This document shows, piece by piece, positions 19,008-27,286 of a stretch of DNA of 64,000 bases (position 1 is the stretch's first letter; each line of letters starts with the position of its first letter). The notes below the pieces were generated by a model that worked only from the letters and a program-made list of their open reading frames with translations, did not search any database and was not told where the DNA came from. Position numbers and translations under genes: made by a program. Origin of the DNA: Desulfosoma sp. (lineage in GTDB: Bacteria > Desulfobacterota > Syntrophobacteria > Syntrophobacterales > DSM-9756); contig JBBFKW010000001.1 in the NCBI GenBank assembly GCA_037481835.1, positions 64,001 to 128,000 on the forward strand, read 5' to 3'.

Positions 19008-21347
19008 TTACGGTTCCTGCGGGGCCTTGTAGCCACACCCCGGACGGGCACAGGCAACATATTTTTCACCTTTTTTTCCCGTTCTGCCCACCATGGCCGG
19101 CGAGCCGCACTGAGGGCACGTGCGCGCCGTCGGCCGGAACCACAGCACCACGTCGCAGTCGGGATAGCGGGAGCAGCCGTAAAATTTTCGGCCCGTCTTG
19201 GAAAGCCGTTCCACGATTTCCCCGTCGCAGCCTTCCCGGGGACACGGCACCCCCAGGCTCACCGGCCTTGTGTTCTTGCACCGCGGATACGCGCTGCAGG
19301 CGAGGAATTCCCCGTAGCGCCCTTTTTTCAAGACCATGGGACTGCCGCACTTGTCGCATACCTGCCCCGAAGGTTCCTGCTCCACGAGCTGGATCCGGCC
19401 CTTGTCATCCCGGCGGTAGTCGGACGTGAATCCGCATGAGGGCGCATTGCCGCACGCGAGGAAAGGGCCGGTTCGGCTGAACCGAATGTGCAAATCGCCC
19501 CCGCACCGGGGGCAGGAAACGCCCGTCGGGAGTCCCGCCACTTTCAGGTTCAGCATCTTCTTTTGGGCCTCGTTCAACGTTGCGCTGAAACGTTTGTAAA
19601 ATTCTTCCAAAACCGCAAGGTACGGGCATGTGCCGTTTTCCACTTCGTCCAGGCTCTTTTCCATCTTCGCCGTGAATTCCACATCGACGATTTCCGGAAA
19701 ATGGGCCGTGAGGAGATCGTTGATGAGCAGCCCCAGTTCCGTGGGAACGAGCTGCCTTTTACTCTCCTGCACGTATTCCCGATCCACGATGGTGGAAACG
19801 ATGGTCGCGTACGTGCTGGGCCGGCCGATACCGCGCTCTTCCAATTCCTTGATGAGGCTCGCTTCCGAATAGCGCGGCGGAGGCTGGGTGAAGTGCTGCT
19901 TGGGGATGAGCTTGTGAAGATCCAGCACCTGGCCTTCCGTGAGGGCCGGGAGGCGCCCTTCAGCCCCACCGTCTTTTTCGGAGGACTCCTCGTCTTCACT
20001 TTCCGTGTACAGGACCATGAAGCCGGGAAATTCCACGACGGATCCCGTGGCTCGAAAGAGATGGACCGTCCCGCCCTTCTTGTCGGCGTCTTGGGAGGCC
20101 CCCCCGGCGCCGGTCGGGCCGCCTTCGGGAACGGCTTGGATGGTCACCGTCGTCTGGGCGATGGCCGCAGGGCTCATCTGGCAGGCGACGAAACGCTTCC
20201 AGATGAGGCTGTACAGGGCGAGTTCGTCCCGGGGGAGGAATGGCTCCAGGGATTCGGGAGTCCGGCTCACGTCGGTGGGTCGGATGGCCTCGTGGGCGTC
20301 CTGGGCACCGGACTTGGTCTTGTAGACGGCGGCTTTGGGCGGCACGTAAGGCGATCCGAACCTGTGCGCGATGTAGTCCCGAGCGGCCTTGACCGCCTCG
20401 TCGGCAAGGCGCGTGGAGTCGGTGCGCATGTAGGTGATGAGACCCACGGCCCCTTCGTCGCCGATTTCCACGCCTTCGTAGAGGCGCTGGGCCACGCGCA
20501 TGGTTTTCTTGGCCGAAAAGCGCAGCCTGCGGGCGGCATCCTGCTGCAACGTGCTGGTGATGAAAGGAGGCGGCGCGTTTTTCCGGCGCTGCTTGCGCTC
20601 CACGGTAAGCACCCGGAAAAGGTTTCCTTCCAGGGCCTTGAGCACCGCCGCGGTGTGCTCCTCGGAACGCAGATCGCACTTCTTGGAGCCGATGCGCCAC
20701 AGCTTGGCTTCGAAAAGGTCGGCCTTGTCCTTCGTGCGGTCGTCGCGCCGCGGCGAAAGCTGGGCCGTGATGGTCCAGTATTCTTCGGGGACGAAGCGCT
20801 GGATGTCCCGTTCCCGTTCGCAGATGAGCCGCAGGGCCACGGATTGGACACGACCGGCGCTCAGGCCGCGCTTCACCTTTTCCCAGAGGATGGGGGAAAT
20901 GAGGTAGCCGACGAGCCGATCCAGGATGCGCCGCGCCTGCTGGGCGTCGTAGAGGTTCTGGTTCAACCGCCCCGGATTTTGCAAGGCTTCGCGGATGGCT
21001 TTCGGGGTCAGCTCGTAGAACAGCACCCGATACAGGGGCTTGCCGTCGATTTTGAGTTCTTCGGCGATGTGCCAGGCGATGGCCTCCCCTTCCCGATCCG
21101 GGTCCGGGCCCAGGTAGACGGCCTGGGCTTTGGCGGCGGCGTCGCTCAGTTCCTTGAGCACCTTTTTCTTGGTGCGCAGGACCTGGTACTCGGCCTTGAA
21201 CCGGTTTTCCACGTCGATCCCTAGCTTGGCCTTGGGAAGATCCTTGACGTGGCCGACGGAGGCTTTCACGATAAAATCCTTCCCCAGGTATCGGGTGAGC
21301 GTCTTGGCCTTTGTCGGACTTTCCACGATCAGAAGCGATGGCGCCAT
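19008..21347 (-). CDS. topA: DNA topoisomerase I
   Basis: IVESPTKAKT, DPDREGEAI, SAGRVQS, ITYMRTDS, GIGRPSTY, C4 zinc ribbons. Confidence 0.97.
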   Translation of the reverse strand: MAPSLLIVESPTKAKTLTRYLGKDFIVKASVGHVKDLPKAKLGIDVENRFKAEYQVLRTKKKVLKELSDAAAKAQAVYLGPDPDREGEAIAWHIAEELKIDGKPLYRVLFYELTPKAIREALQNPGRLNQNLYDAQQARRILDRLVGYLISPILWEKVKRGLSAGRVQSVALRLICERERDIQRFVPEEYWTITAQLSPRRDDRTKDKADLFEAKLWRIGSKKCDLRSEEHTAAVLKALEGNLFRVLTVERKQRRKNAPPPFITSTLQQDAARRLRFSAKKTMRVAQRLYEGVEIGDEGAVGLITYMRTDSTRLADEAVKAARDYIAHRFGSPYVPPKAAVYKTKSGAQDAHEAIRPTDVSRTPESLEPFLPRDELALYSLIWKRFVACQMSPAAIAQTTVTIQAVPEGGPTGAGGASQDADKKGGTVHLFRATGSVVEFPGFMVLYTESEDEESSEKDGGAEGRLPALTEGQVLDLHKLIPKQHFTQPPPRYSEASLIKELEERGIGRPSTYATIVSTIVDREYVQESKRQLVPTELGLLINDLLTAHFPEIVDVEFTAKMEKSLDEVENGTCPYLAVLEEFYKRFSATLNEAQKKMLNLKVAGLPTGVSCPRCGGDLHIRFSRTGPFLACGNAPSCGFTSDYRRDDKGRIQLVEQEPSGQVCDKCGSPMVLKKGRYGEFLACSAYPRCKNTRPVSLGVPCPREGCDGEIVERLSKTGRKFYGCSRYPDCDVVLWFRPTARTCPQCGSPAMVGRTGKKGEKYVACARPGCGYKAPQEP

Positions 21348-21440
21348 TCTTCCTCCGCTGATGTGCCGTCATTTCTTCATTCGGCAGATCCCATGAAGTT
21401 CTGAAATGAATTCGCCCGCCCTCCGGGCGGCCCCGTCATG

Positions 21441-22589
21441 CTACGAAAGCCGCATAAAATACTTGCCGGGCATCTGCCGCACAAGCCCTTTGATTTCCAG
21501 GGCCGTGAGGGCGGCCGTGACCGCAGGGACCGTCAGCCCGCTTTGCGCGCACAGCCGGTCCACGTGGACGGGGTCTTTGCCCAAGAGCCCCAAAACGGTT
21601 TTTTCCACCGGGGAAAGATCATGTTCCATGGGGCTTTTTTCGGGATCGGATCGGCCTGCGCCGGCCGGAGGTGAAGCGGCCGAGGGCGTCCCGCTGGGGC
21701 GGATCATGGGCCTGAGGTGTTCGAGGATATCGTCGGCACTTTCCATGAGAACCGCTCCTTGGCGGAGCAGAAGGTGCGGCCCGAGACTCCGGATATTTCC
21801 GGCCGCTCCGGGGACGGCGAACACCTCCCGGCCCTGTTCCAAGGCGCACCGGGCCGTGATGAGCGACCCGCTCTTGGCGGTGGCCTCAACGACGACCACG
21901 CCGAGGGCCAGGCCGCTGAGAATGCGGTTTCTCTGGGGAAAATGGCCGGCGAGGGGCGGTGTGCCCAGAGGAAATTCGGTCAAAAAACCGCCGTGGGCCA
22001 TGACGGCGGCCCGCAGGTCGGCGTTGGGCCGAGGATACAGGACATCCAGCCCGCAGCCCAAAACCGCCAGCGTGCGCCCGCCGCCTCGGATCGCCCCGCG
22101 ATGGGCGGCGCTGTCGATCCCGAGGGCGAAGCCGCTCACCACGGTGACCCCTCGCCGCGCAAGATCCGCGCACAGCCGTTCCGTAAAGATGAGGCCCATG
22201 GGGGACGCCGACCGGGATCCCACCACGGCAACGGATACGAGATCCCGGGGCTCGGGAGCGCTCGTCACATAGAGGACCGCGGGAGGATCGGCGATGTTTT
22301 TCAAATTGTCGGGATAGTCGGGATCGCCGAGACACACGAGCCCCCAACCCTGGGCACGCAGGTCCCGCCATTCGTCGTCGACGGCTCGGGTGGTTCTCCC
22401 GGCGGCGAGGGCCTCTTGAGCCTCCCGGCGAAGGCCCGGCACCGCGGCCGCCGCTTGGATCCGATCCGCGCACACCGCCTCGGGAGACCCGAAGCGCGTG
22501 ATGAGCTTCAGGAGGGAGACATTGCCCAGCCCGGGCGTGAGTTTCAAAGTGAGCCACGCTCGGGTGTTTTCGTCCAGCTCGGTTCGCAC
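21441..22589 (-). CDS. dprA: DNA processing protein DprA
   Basis: AVVGSR, VSGFALGIDSAAH, FPQRNRI, SGSLITA; start set at GTG 22589 (GGAAGG SD) because the longer ORF runs through a REP. Confidence 0.93.
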   Translation of the reverse strand: MRTELDENTRAWLTLKLTPGLGNVSLLKLITRFGSPEAVCADRIQAAAAVPGLRREAQEALAAGRTTRAVDDEWRDLRAQGWGLVCLGDPDYPDNLKNIADPPAVLYVTSAPEPRDLVSVAVVGSRSASPMGLIFTERLCADLARRGVTVVSGFALGIDSAAHRGAIRGGGRTLAVLGCGLDVLYPRPNADLRAAVMAHGGFLTEFPLGTPPLAGHFPQRNRILSGLALGVVVVEATAKSGSLITARCALEQGREVFAVPGAAGNIRSLGPHLLLRQGAVLMESADDILEHLRPMIRPSGTPSAASPPAGAGRSDPEKSPMEHDLSPVEKTVLGLLGKDPVHVDRLCAQSGLTVPAVTAALTALEIKGLVRQMPGKYFMRLS

Positions 22590-22726
22590 GGCCTTCCCGT
22601 CCTTGGGCCTTCCCCCGCTCCGGCGCCCATCCCCGAGGCCGCCTTGGGGCGTCTCGCCGTTCGTGCGGGTCGGTGCCATGGCCCCGGGATGTTGGGGTGC
22701 GCTGCGCGCCGTTGGCTCGGCCCCGG

Positions 22727-22758
22727 TGTTGGGGTTCGCTGCGCTCACCCCAACCTAC
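22727..22758 (-). repeat. GTAG-type REP, single copy (degenerate partial copy at ~22690)
   Basis: Exact reverse complement of the 32-bp REP at 4065-4096. Confidence 0.85.
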
Positions 22759-22867
22759 ATCGTGGCAGGGCCTTCCTCAAGTCCCCCATGAGCCGCCCGC
22801 CCCGCAAAATTTTCTCAAGGATCCGCCCCCTCCTGCCGATCCTTAAAGTGAACGCTTCAGAACGTCG

Positions 22868-22957
22868 CGTTTCCGAAAGGGCAAACCCGCCGTGAGGCGG
22901 GGGCGCAAAGCCACGGGTCCCGGAACACGCCGGGATAGCCGGGCTGCCGAAGAAACG
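22868..22957 (+). promoter_or_regulatory. c-di-GMP-I (GEMM-I) riboswitch
   Basis: GGGCAAACCCGCC-GTGA-GGCGGGGGCGCAAAGCCACGGGTCC...GATAGCCGGGCTGCCGA matches the GEMM-I consensus with a GNRA tetraloop; lies in the 5' UTR of the S8 peptidase. Confidence 0.9.
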
Positions 22958-23042
22958 GGACCATTTCCTTCCATCCTCGGAAGTCAGTCCCTCCCGTTTC
23001 TTCCCCCTTTCCTTACCGAGCACGGTTTCGAGGAGGTGTATC

Positions 23043-24941
23043 ATGTCGGGAGGGAGACGTCCGTCCCAAGGCGCTCGTGCGTCCTTTGCGCGCCGCATCC
23101 GCTGCATCCTGGATTTTTCTTGGAGAAGGCCCGCTCTGGCCTTCGCCCTCATCGTCTTTTCCACCCTTTTGGGGCCCCCAGGCTGGGCCGCTCCGGCCGG
23201 CCTGAAGATTTCCCCCGGCTTTTCCGCGCTGCCCAACGTCCGCGCATCCCTCTCGGCCCCGGCGGCGCAGAGCACGGGACGATTGCTGGTGCGGCCTCGG
23301 GCCGACGTGAGCGAAGAAGCACTGGATCGGATCTTTTCCGCCGAAGGGGTGCGGCGCCTCGCTTCCTTGCGCCGAAGCGGCATGCACGTGGTGTCGGTGC
23401 CCCCCCACCTGGAGGCGGCGGTCGCCCGGGCCCTGTCCCTGCATTCGGAAATCGCCTACGCCGAACCCGACGCCCTGGTGGCTCCCCAAGCCGCTGTCCC
23501 CAATGACCCCTTGTATCCCTATCAGTGGCATCTGCCGGTGATGGAAGTCCCCACGGCGTGGGATTACGGCACGGGGGAATCCGTCGTGGTGGCCGTTTTG
23601 GACACGGGCGTGGACGGCACCCACCCGGATCTCGCGGCGTCCCTGGTCCCCGGCTGGAACGTCTACGACGGCACCGCCGACACCTCCGACGTCTACGGGC
23701 ATGGAACCGAGGTGGCCGGCGTCATCGCGGCGGCGGCCGGAAACGGCGTGGGAAGCGCCGGCATCGCCCCGGGAGCGCTCATCATGCCCGTGCGGATCAG
23801 TCGCCCGGACGGGTTGGCCTATCTCAGCACCATCGCCGAAGGCCTCGTGTGGGCGGCCGATCACGGGGCTCGCGTGGCCAACGTGAGCTACATGGTGAGC
23901 GGGAGCGCGGCGGTGTCCGAGGCGGCCTGGTATTTCCGGCGCAAGGGCGGCTTGGTTTTCGCGTCGGCGGGAAACACGGGAACGTACGAATCCTTGAATC
24001 CCAACCCGGCCATCATCGATGTGGCGGCCACGACCCCCGGGGACGCCCGTGCGGACTGGTCCAGCTACGGCACCTACGTGGACCTGGCGGCGCCCGGGGA
24101 AAATATCGTGACGACGACCCGGGGAGGCGGCTACGCCGCGGTTTCCGGGACGTCCTTTTCCGCTCCGGCCGCCGCGGCCGCCGCGGCCTTGCTCTTTTCC
24201 GCCAATCCGTCGCTTTCCGCCGACCAGGCGGAAGGGCTCCTGAAAGGCACCGCGCTGGACATGGGCATTCCCGGGCCGGATCCCTATTACGGTTTCGGGC
24301 GCCTCCAGGCGGCCCACGCCGTTGTCGCCGCGCGGGAAACCCCAAGCCAGGACGCCCAGCCTCCCCGGGTGGCCGTGACATGGCAGTTCCTGGACGGCGA
24401 AGTGGGCCAAGCCCTGCTGGTCGGCGTGCAGGCGGAAGACGACGTCATCGTCTCCCGCGTGGCCCTCTACGCCAACGGGGCCCTGGTGGGCGAAGCGCCC
24501 CTGCCCCTTTATGTGTTCCTCCTGGATGCAACCGTATTCGGCCAAGGGCCCCTGACCTTGACGGCCAAAGCGTGGGACGCGGCAGGCCATGAAGCCGGCT
24601 CCGAACCCGTCACCGTGATGCTGGCACATCACGCCGAGCCCCTGGCCGCGCCGGCTCCCGGGGTGATCATCACCGCTCCGGCCGGCGGCGCCCAGGTCTC
24701 CGGCAAAGCCCTCATCACCATGGAGGCGGCCCCGAACACGCAGATCGTGGGCATCCAGTGCATCGTGGACGGCGAACTCAAAGCCACCGTGATCGGGCCG
24801 AGCCTGCGCTACCCCTGGGATACGTCCAAGGCGGCCGCGGGCCCCCATGACATCACGGCGGTGGCCCTGGATTCGGCGGGCAAGGTGCGTCGCACCACCA
24901 TCACGGTCTTCACGGAAGGAAACCCCGATGGGAAACCATAG
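23043..24941 (+). CDS. Secreted S8 (subtilisin-like) serine peptidase with C-terminal Ig-like domains
   Basis: Catalytic motifs DTG, HGT and GTSFSAP; prodomain; two Ig-like repeats (LTAKAWDAAG, ITAVALDSAG). Confidence 0.92.
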   Translation: MSGGRRPSQGARASFARRIRCILDFSWRRPALAFALIVFSTLLGPPGWAAPAGLKISPGFSALPNVRASLSAPAAQSTGRLLVRPRADVSEEALDRIFSAEGVRRLASLRRSGMHVVSVPPHLEAAVARALSLHSEIAYAEPDALVAPQAAVPNDPLYPYQWHLPVMEVPTAWDYGTGESVVVAVLDTGVDGTHPDLAASLVPGWNVYDGTADTSDVYGHGTEVAGVIAAAAGNGVGSAGIAPGALIMPVRISRPDGLAYLSTIAEGLVWAADHGARVANVSYMVSGSAAVSEAAWYFRRKGGLVFASAGNTGTYESLNPNPAIIDVAATTPGDARADWSSYGTYVDLAAPGENIVTTTRGGGYAAVSGTSFSAPAAAAAAALLFSANPSLSADQAEGLLKGTALDMGIPGPDPYYGFGRLQAAHAVVAARETPSQDAQPPRVAVTWQFLDGEVGQALLVGVQAEDDVIVSRVALYANGALVGEAPLPLYVFLLDATVFGQGPLTLTAKAWDAAGHEAGSEPVTVMLAHHAEPLAAPAPGVIITAPAGGAQVSGKALITMEAAPNTQIVGIQCIVDGELKATVIGPSLRYPWDTSKAAAGPHDITAVALDSAGKVRRTTITVFTEGNPDGKP

Positions 24942-25046
24942 GCGGCGGCGAAGGGGTTCGCCGGGCGGGAAGGAGGGCGGCGCCGAGGGCGCGGGGAGCG
25001 GCAAAGCCCTCGGCGGCCCCTGGGATCTCAAGGAGGCGGGAAAAGC

Positions 25047-25664
25047 TTAGGGCTGCCCGTGCGGGCCGTACATGCCCAATCCCGGTCCCACGGGACTCTT
25101 GTACAGGAGGCCGTGAGCGCCCTGGGCCGGATCGTTATAGACTTCCTGGATGATCGCAAAATCTCCCCAAATTTGCCGGCCGATTTCGGTTCCGTCGGCA
25201 CTAAGCCAGGTGCCGTTTTCGAGAACGGCATCGGAAGGGACGGCGACGATCTTGACAAAATAGGTCCACTTGCGGAGTTTTCCATTCACGTCCACCCAGC
25301 CGGATTGATGATTGGTCAGCCACGCCCCGGACCCCTTGTAGGAATCGTAGCCGTAATGGCGATCCAACAAGCCGTCGCCGTCGCAATCCTTGTTGCTGAG
25401 CCACGCGTCGTTCCATTTCATGATGAGCTCGATATCTTTGTAGGGTTGGCACCACGACGCATCAAAATAAGCGTCGCAATAGGTTCCGTTGAACATGTGG
25501 GCCTGGTAATTGTAGCCCCAGTCGTCGAAGCCCACCGTGACGAGACTTCCATCGTCGGCATACAAGGTCCCGTCTTGGATGGTGGTGCATTTCTGGGCCT
25601 GAGCCAGGCCCGCCAATCCCACGAGGACTCCCAGCGCCAAAGCCGCCATGAACTTTCTTTTCAT
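25047..25664 (-). CDS. Secreted hypothetical protein
   Basis: Signal peptide ending AQA, AAGGAG SD, DCDGDGLLD Ca-binding-like motif. Confidence 0.75.
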   Translation of the reverse strand: MKRKFMAALALGVLVGLAGLAQAQKCTTIQDGTLYADDGSLVTVGFDDWGYNYQAHMFNGTYCDAYFDASWCQPYKDIELIMKWNDAWLSNKDCDGDGLLDRHYGYDSYKGSGAWLTNHQSGWVDVNGKLRKWTYFVKIVAVPSDAVLENGTWLSADGTEIGRQIWGDFAIIQEVYNDPAQGAHGLLYKSPVGPGLGMYGPHGQP

Positions 25665-25848
25665 CGCTTTCTCCTTCTTGGTGGTGTGGCCGATCGGATG
25701 GTTCGGTGCGAAAAATCCGGCGTGAGTTTTCGTCTGCCCCGTGCCTGTGCCTCACCTCCTTTCCCCGAATTCGTTTGGGACGCACTCGAAGGGTTCCATC
25801 GGCAGGGCCCGCACCAAACTTGAAGGATTTTTTCAACGCGGATTCTTC

Positions 25849-25905
25849 CTCCGCGCCTTGGTGTGAGATTTTTTTTCTCACGCCAAGGCGCAAAGGCGCA
25901 AAGAG
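25849..25905. repeat. CGCAAAGG-family inverted-repeat hairpin downstream of the GxxExxY gene
   Basis: cgccttggtgtgaga (25854-25868) pairs with tctcacgccaaggcg; right arm tctcacgccaaggcgcaaaggcgcaaagag at 25876-25905. Confidence 0.85.
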
Positions 25906-25935
25906 GCCAAGAGAAAATCGCTTTCGCGCGAAAAC

Positions 25936-26328
25936 CTAACTCTCCAGGCGGTTCACCACCCGGAAAATTCCGTCTTTCAGGAGCACCGCCCCGAAGTTGA
26001 TGAGAAGTCCCAGGCGCAGGTCCGCCAGCCGAAGGTAGGTGAGCAGCTGCTTGTGGTGGACCGGCTGGACCGTCTCCACCGATTTCAGCTCCACGATCAC
26101 CTTCTGTTCCACCACCAGGTCGGCTCGAAAGGCGTCAGCAAGCACCAGCTCGTCGTAGCGGATGGCGATGGGCACCTCACTTTGGACGGAAAGCCCGCGC
26201 TTTTTGAGCTCATGGGCCAAGACGGCCTGGTAGACCGATTCCAAAAGGCCGGGGCCCAAAGCTCGGTGCACCTGCAGCGCGGCATCCACCACCACTTTGG
26301 CGATGTCGTTTTCGTGAAGACCCCTCAT
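25936..26328 (-). CDS. GxxExxY protein (PD-(D/E)XK-like nuclease fold)
   Basis: 130 aa; LGPGLLESVY, RADLVVE...VELKS, QLLTYL, GLLINF. Confidence 0.92.
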   Translation of the reverse strand: MRGLHENDIAKVVVDAALQVHRALGPGLLESVYQAVLAHELKKRGLSVQSEVPIAIRYDELVLADAFRADLVVEQKVIVELKSVETVQPVHHKQLLTYLRLADLRLGLLINFGAVLLKDGIFRVVNRLES

Positions 26329-26343
26329 CCCCCAATTCCTTTC

Positions 26344-26408
26344 CTTTGCGCCTTTGCGCCTTTGCGTGAGATCTTATTTCTCACGCCAAGGCGCAAAGGC
26401 GCAAAGAG
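26344..26408. repeat. CGCAAAGG-family 28-bp hairpin upstream of the GxxExxY gene
   Basis: Arms 26344-26371 and 26379-26406 are reverse complements with one mismatch; 26377-26408 is identical to 25874-25905. Confidence 0.9.
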
Positions 26409-26473
26409 AAAAACTCTTCAGGCGGTTCACCTCCTTCATGGCGTGACCGTCCCCGCGCCTCCGCGTGACCCCT

Positions 26474-27250
26474 TCAATGATCCGGGGAGGCGGCGCACAG
26501 GAGGATCTCCCTCAAGCTTCGGGAAATCCACAGCATCTTGGGGTTATCGGCGGGAAGCTTCCCCCGAAGGGCGTAGACGGCCCCTTCGGCCAGGCTCCCC
26601 CAGAGCTTGAGCATTTCGTTGTAGAGGATTTTTCGGTTTCGGAAAACGTAGGCGGGAACGGACGGGGACCCGTCGGTCACGGCATGGAGCGCGATGTCCA
26701 CGCCGGATCCCCAGGTGAGGGCTTTCAGCAGGAGGTAGGAGCGCGGGGCGTGGTAGGCGGAGGTCACCAGGATGACGCGCTTCAGGCCGTGATCCCGGAT
26801 GATCTCCCGGCAGAGGAGGGCGTTTTCGAAGGTGGTTCGGGCCCGGGGTTCGGGAAGAACCGCATCGGGCGGAAGGGGGCCGAATCTTTGGGCGTAAGCG
26901 CTAAGCTGCGCCGGGAGGGCGGGAGAAACGGCGATCTTCGGGGCGGCGCCGCTTCGAACGAGATCCCAGCCCGCTTGGATCCTCTTGGCGGCCCCGGCGA
27001 AAACGACCACGGCATCGGCCTTCCCGGGGACGTTCCCGATCCCGAGAAGGCTGACAAAGAGCGCCCCTTCCAGGGCGAAAAGCAGGGCGAGAATCCCGAG
27101 AAGCCGCCCGGCGGACAAAACCCCCGCCCGAAAAGCCCCGCCGCCTCTCTTCCTCTCACCCCAAATGAAGAGCCCCTCCTTTGCGCCTTGGCGTCTTTGC
27201 GCGAGGCCTTTTTTCTCCCGCCAAGCCGCCAAGCACGCCAAGAAAAGCAT
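26474..27250 (-). CDS. YdcF/ElyC/SanA family (DUF218) protein
   Basis: ADAVVVFAG, ARTTFENA, LVTSAYHAPR, E...K motifs; start uncertain because the N-terminus is repeat-derived. Confidence 0.8.
   Translation of the reverse strand: MLFLACLAAWREKKGLAQRRQGAKEGLFIWGERKRGGGAFRAGVLSAGRLLGILALLFALEGALFVSLLGIGNVPGKADAVVVFAGAAKRIQAGWDLVRSGAAPKIAVSPALPAQLSAYAQRFGPLPPDAVLPEPRARTTFENALLCREIIRDHGLKRVILVTSAYHAPRSYLLLKALTWGSGVDIALHAVTDGSPSVPAYVFRNRKILYNEMLKLWGSLAEGAVYALRGKLPADNPKMLWISRSLREILLCAASPDH
27179..27242. repeat. CGCAAAG/CGCCAAG-family repeat pair
   Basis: ctttgcgccttggcgtctttgcgcgaggcc (27179-27208, identical to 27438-27467) facing ctcccgccaagccgccaagcacgccaag (27215-27242). Confidence 0.85.
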
Positions 27251-27286
27251 TTTTTGTACTGCTGATCATCCCTGCGCGAACCCTTT

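Noticed and set aside
22868..22957. c-AMP-GMP (GEMM-Ib) riboswitch variant
   Set aside because: The discriminating position is G, not A
25934..25940. Integron attC site (ACCTAAC/GTTAGGT) at the GxxExxY stop
   Set aside because: Wrong orientation for a cassette end, no paired core site, and no integron integrase in the window
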